A DNA stretch of 64,000 nucleotides, from contig CAVRUT010000009.1 of NCBI GenBank assembly GCA_963724465.1, positions 66,424 to 130,423 on the forward strand. The letters are read 5' to 3'. Source of the stretch: an uncultured Acidobacteriota bacterium (GTDB lineage Bacteria > Acidobacteriota > Thermoanaerobaculia > UBA5066 > Gp7-AA6). The notes beneath the pieces are model-generated. The model was given only the letters and a program-made list of their open reading frames with translations. It made no database searches and was not told where the DNA came from. The number at the start of each line of letters is the position of its first letter. Positions within the stretch are counted from its first letter, which is position 1. Both the position numbers and the translations under genes were made by a program. Shown here in pieces: positions 58,454 to 64,000 of the stretch.

Positions 58454-58753
58454 TCAGTAGGCCTGCTGCGAACGGCGAGCCGAGTAGCACTCGCGGCAAT
58501 AGACCGGCTTGCCGTTGGTCGGGTTGAACGGGACCTGCGTCTGCTTGCCGCAGCCGTCGCAGGTCACGTCGTAGAACGTGCGCTCGCGGCCCTCTCCCGA
58601 GGACGTCTTGCGCTTGTCGCGGCAGGGCTTGCAGCGCTTGGGCTCGTTGGTGAACCCCTTGCGCGCGTAGAACTCCTGGTCGTCGGCCGAGAAAAGGAAG
58701 GTCCCCCCACAGTCGACGCACGTGAGGTTCTTGTCCGTGTATTGCTGCATCAT
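58454..58753 (-). CDS. Double zinc-ribbon protein (CxxC-x17-CxxC type)
   Basis: CVDC...CKPC and CDGC-17 aa-CREC. RBS AGGAG. Confidence 0.7.
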   Translation of the reverse strand: MMQQYTDKNLTCVDCGGTFLFSADDQEFYARKGFTNEPKRCKPCRDKRKTSSGEGRERTFYDVTCDGCGKQTQVPFNPTNGKPVYCRECYSARRSQQAY

Positions 58754-59119
58754 GGAAGTTACAAATCTCCTGGGTTTAATCCCCTGGCCGGGCGGTTGTC
58801 CGCTCCGGTGAAAAAGATGGTGAATCGAATACGGAACTCTGGAGAAATCCGGCGCACCGCGCCGGGATCAAGCTCTCTCTAGGACCAACCCCCTTTCGAA
58901 ACGCGGACGCCTCCCCGCAAGAGGGCGTACGGATGGGGGATGGAAAGCATAAAGGCGGCGGTTAGGACGTGCGGGGTCTTCGTAAAAGCTGGCGGAACGT
59001 AGCATGGGGATTGAAATCGTTGCAAGCGGAATCTGGCCTCAGGGACAGGTCTGGGCCCGGCGGGCGGTGGCCCGAGGATGGGGGCGGGCCGCCGAATCCC
59101 TTCTGCCGGTTCGGGTTAG

Positions 59120-59932
59120 CTACGACCCGATGACGCCCTGGATCGGCGAGGAGGCCGTGGCGTAGCGCTTTCGCGGGATACGGCCGGCGAGGAAGGCATC
59201 CCGGCCCGACCGCACGGCATCGCGCATCGCCCGGGCCATCCGCACGGGGTCCGCCGCGCCGGCGATCCCGGTGTTCATCAGCACGCCGGCCGCGCCGAGC
59301 TCCATCGCCACGCACGCGTCGGAGGCGGTCCCGACGCCCGCGTCGACGATGACCGGAACCTTCGCGCGCTCGAGGATGATCGCGATCGAGTTCGGATTCT
59401 GGATGCCGAGGCCCGAGCCGATCGGCGCGCCGAGGGGCATCACGGCCGCCGCGCCCGCGTCCTCGAGTCGTCGACAGACGATGGGATCGTCCGAGGTGTA
59501 CGGAAAAACGACGAAGCCTTCCTTCACGAGCGTCTTCGTCGCCGACAGCAGCGCCTCGTTGTCCGGCCAGAGCGTCTGTTCGTCGCCGAGGACTTCGAGC
59601 TTGACCCAGTTCGACAGCCCCACCTCGCGCCCCAGCCGCGCCGCGCGCACCGCATCCTCGGCGTTGTAGCAGCCGGCCGTGTTCGGAAGCAGCGTCATGC
59701 CCTTCGGAATGTAGTCGAGCAGCGACTCCTTCGAGCGATCGGTGAGATTGACGCGCCGGACGGCCACGGTGACGATCTCGGCCCCGGACTCCTCCAGGGC
59801 CTCCTTCATCAGCGGGAACGTGGCGTACTTTCCGGTCCCGACGATGAGGCGCGAGGCGAACGTCCGTCCGCCGAAGGCGAACGGATCGGTCGCCGCGGCG
59901 GGAGATCTCTCGAGAGTCGTGTCGGTCGCCAT
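59120..59932 (-). CDS. thiG: Thiazole synthase
   Basis: [42 protein letters not shown]. Confidence 0.93.
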   Translation of the reverse strand: MATDTTLERSPAAATDPFAFGGRTFASRLIVGTGKYATFPLMKEALEESGAEIVTVAVRRVNLTDRSKESLLDYIPKGMTLLPNTAGCYNAEDAVRAARLGREVGLSNWVKLEVLGDEQTLWPDNEALLSATKTLVKEGFVVFPYTSDDPIVCRRLEDAGAAAVMPLGAPIGSGLGIQNPNSIAIILERAKVPVIVDAGVGTASDACVAMELGAAGVLMNTGIAGAADPVRMARAMRDAVRSGRDAFLAGRIPRKRYATASSPIQGVIGS

Positions 59933-59944
59933 GGGAACCCCTGT

Positions 59945-60805
59945 TTAATCCCCGGGTCTCTCCGGGTCAAGCAGGAAAACGTTGTCGATCAGGCGCGTCT
60001 TCCCGAGCCGCACCGCCGCGGTGAGCGCGACACCGGGACGCACCTCGGCGGCCCGGGCCATCGTGGCGGCGTCGACGGCTTCGACGTAGTCGACCGCGAG
60101 CCCGGCGGCCTCGAGCTGAAGAAGCGCCTCGGCCTCCAGCGCCCGGGCGTCGCGCTCTCCGTACGCCGCACGACCTCGCGCGGCCGAGAGCGTGCGCGAG
60201 AGGTCGACGGCGCGGCGACGATCGTCGGGAGAGAGGTACGCGTTGCGGGACGACAGGGCGAGGCCATCCGGCTCGCGGACGGTCTCGCCGACGACGAGTT
60301 GGATCGGGAAGTCGAGGTCGCGGACCAGGCGCCGCACGGCGGCGACCTGCTGAAGGTCCTTGCGGCCGAAGACGGCGACGTCGGGCAGGACCTGGAGGAA
60401 GAGCTTCGTCACGACGGTCGCGACTCCCCGGAAGTGCCCGGGCCGCTTGGCACCCTCGCCGCCTTCCGTCACGGCGCCGACCTCGACGCTCGTGGAGAAG
60501 TCCGGGGGGTAGAACGCCCCGGGATCCGGGCGATAGAGCACGTCCACGCCTTCGCGAGCGAGGAGCCGGGCGTCCTCGTCTTCGCGGCGGGGATAGCGGG
60601 AGAAGTCTTCGTTCGGCGCGAACTGGAGCGGATTGACGAAGACCGACACGACGACGAACGGGGCGTGCCGCCGCGCCAGACGCACGAGCGAGAGGTGCCC
60701 CTCGTGCAGCGCGCCCATCGTCGGGACGAGCGCGATCGGTTCGCCGGCGGCGCGCGCCCGGCCGACGGCCGACCGCAGAGGTCCGAGTTCCGAAACCGTG
60801 ATCAC
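59945..60805 (-). CDS. panC: Pantoate--beta-alanine ligase
   Basis: VPTMGALHEGHLSL, VSVFVNPLQF, HFRGVATVVTKLF. Confidence 0.93.
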   Translation of the reverse strand: MITVSELGPLRSAVGRARAAGEPIALVPTMGALHEGHLSLVRLARRHAPFVVVSVFVNPLQFAPNEDFSRYPRREDEDARLLAREGVDVLYRPDPGAFYPPDFSTSVEVGAVTEGGEGAKRPGHFRGVATVVTKLFLQVLPDVAVFGRKDLQQVAAVRRLVRDLDFPIQLVVGETVREPDGLALSSRNAYLSPDDRRRAVDLSRTLSAARGRAAYGERDARALEAEALLQLEAAGLAVDYVEAVDAATMARAAEVRPGVALTAAVRLGKTRLIDNVFLLDPERPGD

Positions 60806-60836
60806 GAGCCGCCCCCCGCGAGACGACGTCTCTCGA

Positions 60837-61682
60837 TCAGTGCACTCTCCGCAAGGCCGGGGGCTTGCCGCTGAACGACTCCTCCTGCGACGGGAACGAG
60901 CCGTCCTTGACGTCCTTGCGGAAGGCCCGGGCCGCGTCGCCGATGACGGTCGTCAGGTCCGCGTAGCGGCGGACGAACTTGGGTCGCAGGTCGCGTGTCA
61001 GGCCGACGACGTCGTGGAAGACGAGGACCTGCCCGTCGCAGTGGGGCCCGGCGCCGATCCCGAGCGTGGGGACGGAGATCTCCTGCGTGATCTCGGCGGC
61101 CAGCGATTCCGGCACGCACTCCAGCACGACCGCAAAACACCCGGCCTGCGCCAGGGCCTGCGCGTCCTCGCGGATCTCGCGCGCGGAGTCCGCCTCGCGG
61201 CCCTGCACCTTGAATCCGCCGAGCTTGCGATAGGACTGCGGCGTGAGGCCCACGTGGCCCATCACCGGGATGTCGGCGGCGAGGATGGCTTCGACGGCCG
61301 GGAGGATTCGCTTTCCGCCTTCGACCTTCACGGCCGCGCAACCCGCCTCGGCGAGGAACCGCCCGGCGTTTTCGACGGCGCGTGCGGGATCGACCTGGTA
61401 GGAGAGGAACGGCATGTCGCCGACGACGACCGCGCGACGGGTCGCGCGCGCGACCGCCCGCGAATGGCGGATCATCTGATCCATCGTCGCCGAGAGCGTG
61501 TTCGCTTCGCCGTAGACCGTCATCTCGACGGAATCGCCGATGAGCAGGATGTCGATGCCCGCTTCGTCGAGCAGGCGCGCCGAGGGCGCGTCGTAGACCG
61601 TCAGCATCGAGAGCTTTTCGCGGCCCTTGGCCGCGACGATCTGAGGGATCGAGAGGGGCGTGTCCTCGGGCAGGTCGGCCAT
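60837..61682 (-). CDS. panB: 3-methyl-2-oxobutanoate hydroxymethyltransferase
   Basis: LSMLTVYDAPSA, LLIGDS, VKVEGG, GHVGLTPQS. Confidence 0.93.
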   Translation of the reverse strand: MADLPEDTPLSIPQIVAAKGREKLSMLTVYDAPSARLLDEAGIDILLIGDSVEMTVYGEANTLSATMDQMIRHSRAVARATRRAVVVGDMPFLSYQVDPARAVENAGRFLAEAGCAAVKVEGGKRILPAVEAILAADIPVMGHVGLTPQSYRKLGGFKVQGREADSAREIREDAQALAQAGCFAVVLECVPESLAAEITQEISVPTLGIGAGPHCDGQVLVFHDVVGLTRDLRPKFVRRYADLTTVIGDAARAFRKDVKDGSFPSQEESFSGKPPALRRVH

Positions 61683-61793
61683 CGTTCGCTCCTTGCCTTT
61701 CGGTCGACGTCCCCGACACGGAGGATCGCCGCCGATCAGGGCGAGGAGAGGATTATATGCCCGGCCCGGCCGGCGAGGCGCGAGGCTTCCGCC

Positions 61794-61890
61794 GTCATCC
61801 CGAGCGCAGCGAGGGATCCCGGACTCGGAGCGGGGCCGGGAAGCGACGGTGGAGTTCGGGATCCCTCGGCGCTGTGCGCCTCGGGATGAC
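61794..61890. repeat. Repeat family 1, inverted pair
   Basis: GTCATCCCGAGCGCAGCGAGGGATCCC ... GGGATCCCTCGGCGCTGTGCGCCTCGGGATGAC. Confidence 0.8.
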
Positions 61891-61917
61891 CGGCGGCGGC
61901 GCGGAGCGCGCCGCCGG

Positions 61918-62583
61918 TCACTTGGGCGCGCTGGCCGCCGGGACGTAGTACTGGACGCCCTTCTTCGCTTTCCGGATCCGGCCGACGAGGTCTTCGAAGT
62001 CGCCCGGGCGGTTGACGAAGTCGATCTCGTTGGTGTCGACGACGAGCAGCGGCGTTTCGTCGTAGTGGTAGAAGTAGTAGTTGTAGGCCTCGATCAGCTG
62101 CGCCAGGTACTCCGGCGTGACGGCCTTCTCGAGCGGGCGGCTCTTCTTCTTGATCCGCTTCAGGCAGTTCTCGATCGACGCCTGCAGGAAGATCACCAGG
62201 TCCGGTTTGCGGACGGACTCCGAGAGCAGGGTGTACAGGCGGTCATAGATCAGGAGCTCCGAGTCGTCGAGGTTGAGGCAGGCGAAGATCTTGTCCTTGG
62301 GGAAGTGGTAGTCGGCGACCACGAGGTTGGTGAAGAGGTCGATCTGCGCGATCTCCTGCTGCTGCTGGTAGCGCGACAGGAGAAAGAAGAGCTGGGTCTG
62401 GAAGGCCGCGCCCTTCTTCTTCTTGTAGAAGTCGGGCAGGAACGGGTTGTCGACGTCCTCGAGGACCTTCGTGCCGTGGAACCGGCGGGCGAGCATCTCG
62501 ACGAGCGAGGTCTTGCCGACGCCGATCGCGCCCTCCACCGCGAGGTGGCGGAGCGGGACGTCGCCTTCCGACGGGATGACCAC
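61918..62583 (-). CDS. Deoxynucleoside kinase family protein
   Basis: P-loop AVEGAIGVGKTSL, with later DR and ERxxxR-type blocks. Confidence 0.8.
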   Translation of the reverse strand: MVIPSEGDVPLRHLAVEGAIGVGKTSLVEMLARRFHGTKVLEDVDNPFLPDFYKKKKGAAFQTQLFFLLSRYQQQQEIAQIDLFTNLVVADYHFPKDKIFACLNLDDSELLIYDRLYTLLSESVRKPDLVIFLQASIENCLKRIKKKSRPLEKAVTPEYLAQLIEAYNYYFYHYDETPLLVVDTNEIDFVNRPGDFEDLVGRIRKAKKGVQYYVPAASAPK

Positions 62584-62592
62584 GCCCGGATT

Positions 62593-63472
62593 CTAATGCG
62601 AACGCGCGAGCACGTCCGCGATGCCGCAGGCGGCGAGCGTGACCGAGACGAACCCGTTGGCGGTGAAGAAGGCCGCGTCCACGCGCGAGAGGTCCCCCGG
62701 CCGGACGATGGCGTGCTGGTAGACGAGCGCCGCGACGGTCGCCAGGACTCCGGCGAGAAAGAGCCAGCCTCCGCCCGAGAGCCGCCAGACCGCGAGGAGG
62801 AGGGCCGCCATCGCGACGTGAAAGAGCGCCGAGATCCAGAGCGCGCGCCGCGCTCCGAAGCGCGCCGGAATCGACCGCAGCCCCGCCCGGCGGTCGTGCT
62901 CCTCGTCCTGCAGGGAGTAGATGACGTCGAATCCGGCCGTCCAGAAGAGGACGGCGAGGCCGAGAAGGACGGGCAGGAGCGCGAGCTCGCCTCGCACGGC
63001 GATCCAGGCGCCGACGGGCGCGACACCCAGGCACAGGCCGAGGACGAGGTGGGAGAGCGTCGTGAATCGCTTCGTGTACGAATAGAGAAGGAGCAGCGCC
63101 AGGGCGACGGGCGAAAGCAGCAGCGTCAGGCGGTTGAGGCTCGCCGCGGCCGCGAGAAAGAGAGCGATCGAGCCGGCGAGGAAAACCCGCACGAATCCGA
63201 CCGAGAGGGCGCCCGCCGGGAGCGCCCGGGAGGCCGTGCGGGGGTTGGCGGCGTCGAGGTGGCGGTCGGCGAGGCGGTTGTGGGCCATGGCCGCGCTCCG
63301 CGCGCCGACCATCGCGAGGACGATCTTGACCAGGGTGGCGGCGGCGCGGCCAGCCGCCCGCGGCGAGGACGGCGGCGAGGATCGCGAACGGCAGCGCGAA
63401 GAGCGTGTGCGAGAACTTGATCATCTCGAGCGTCGCCCGGAAGGACCGGAAGACGCCCGCCGACGCGCTCAC
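62593..63472 (-). pseudogene. UbiA-family aromatic prenyltransferase, one frameshift near the N-terminus
   Basis: [26 protein letters not shown] is in one frame. ...[41 protein letters not shown]...[16 protein letters not shown] is in another. The shift is at about 63340-63352. Confidence 0.8.
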
Positions 63473-64000
63473 CGCTTCGCGGGAGGAGCGGGGCCGGCCT
63501 CGGCCGGCGGCCTGGCCGCGGATTCCCGTCCAGCGGAACTGGTCCCCGCGGGGAGCCAGGCCCAGCATCCGCGCCGCACGCACGCAGTAGGCGTCGAGGA
63601 ACCGGGACACCGACGGGGACTCGACGTAGAAGGCGGGCGAGGGCGGCGCGACGATCGCCCCGGCGAGGGTCGCCAGACGCATGTTCTCGATGTGGACGAG
63701 CGAGTAGGGGGATTCCCGGAAGGCGAGGACGAGCGGCCGGCGCTCCTTGAGGCAGACGTCGGCGGCGCGTGCGAGCAGGTCCCGCGCGATTCCGTGAGCG
63801 ATCGAACCGAGGGTCCCGCCGCTGCACGGGATCACGATCATGCCGGAGGCCGGGTAGGAGCCCGAGGCGATCGAGGCGCCGACGTTGCCGTTGTCGTGGA
63901 GCTCGATGCGCGCTCGCTGCGCCCCGGGCACGCCGAGCTTCGCGATCCAGTCCTGCGGCGTCGCGACGTCGGAGGCGATCTCGCTTCGCGCGACGTCGAG
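63473..64000 (-). CDS. ubiX: Flavin prenyltransferase UbiX (5' end beyond the window; no stop before ubiA)
   Basis: GMIVIPCSGGTLGSIAHGIARDLLARAADVCLKERRPLVL...ENMRLATLAGAIVAPPSPAFY. The recognisable domain ends near 63524, but the frame stays open into ubiA. Confidence 0.8.

Noticed and set aside
58754-59119. A riboswitch (SAM, SAH or other) in the 366-nt ORF-free leader upstream of the zinc-ribbon/cysteine-synthase/cystathionine-lyase genes.
   Set aside because: Reading the minus strand, I found no SAM-I, SAM-II or SAH consensus segments and no convincing conserved junctions. The region stays unexplained, but I cannot support an RNA call.
59933-59944. A TPP riboswitch upstream of thiG.
   Set aside because: Only 12 nt separate thiG from the panC stop. 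thiG is evidently co-transcribed with panB-panC, which leaves no room for an aptamer.

Overview
GC-rich bacterial chromosome segment with about 70 genes. The gene content suggests Acidobacteriota: a PadR plus duplicated-FtsX 'ADOP' permease pair, a TIGR03436-like VWA protein, Ser/Thr kinases fused to TolB-like beta-propellers, and many TPR, HEAT and Sel1 proteins. This assignment is inference only. Most of the window is ordinary housekeeping: glpK, arfB, panB-panC-thiG, a transsulfuration pair, ubiX/ubiA, amidohydrolases, a formamidase, an aldo/keto reductase and an SDR. Five things stand out. (1) The tmRNA gene (ssrA, 53625-53985, minus strand) is split at its 3' end by a small RelE/ParE-RHH cassette. 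The displaced 3' end and its terminator sit 0.95 kb downstream. A repeat family (X-A, X-B, X-C) begins exactly at the tmRNA T-loop sequence and marks what look like serial, integrase-less island remnants across about 47.7-53.6 kb. This region also holds a duplicated DUF1028 gene, gene fragments, and an inverted diverged duplication whose only intact ORF is a small zinc-ribbon protein with 0 non-synonymous changes in its 46-codon core. (2) A tight HTH-EIIA / zinc-ribbon / HTH-EIIA operon (45285-47097) has no function I can assign. (3) A cluster of nucleotidyltransferase-fold plus XRE-HTH modules (10.9-13.9 kb) carries palindromic operators. (4) Two dispersed intergenic repeat families are present. 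(5) Many reading frames are disrupted, with extreme density in archease-rtcB. Most disruptions are single-base shifts, and in the two cases resolved to the base they sit in C or G homopolymer runs. Conserved peptides survive in every frame piece, so consensus indel error is the leading explanation. A roughly 175-nt deletion fusing YciI to an ECF sigma gene and an in-frame TAA in a DinB gene cannot be explained that way. No CRISPR array, rRNA, tRNA, integrase or transposase was seen. All calls come from reading the translations and DNA by eye. No database search was run, and frameshift positions are approximate.
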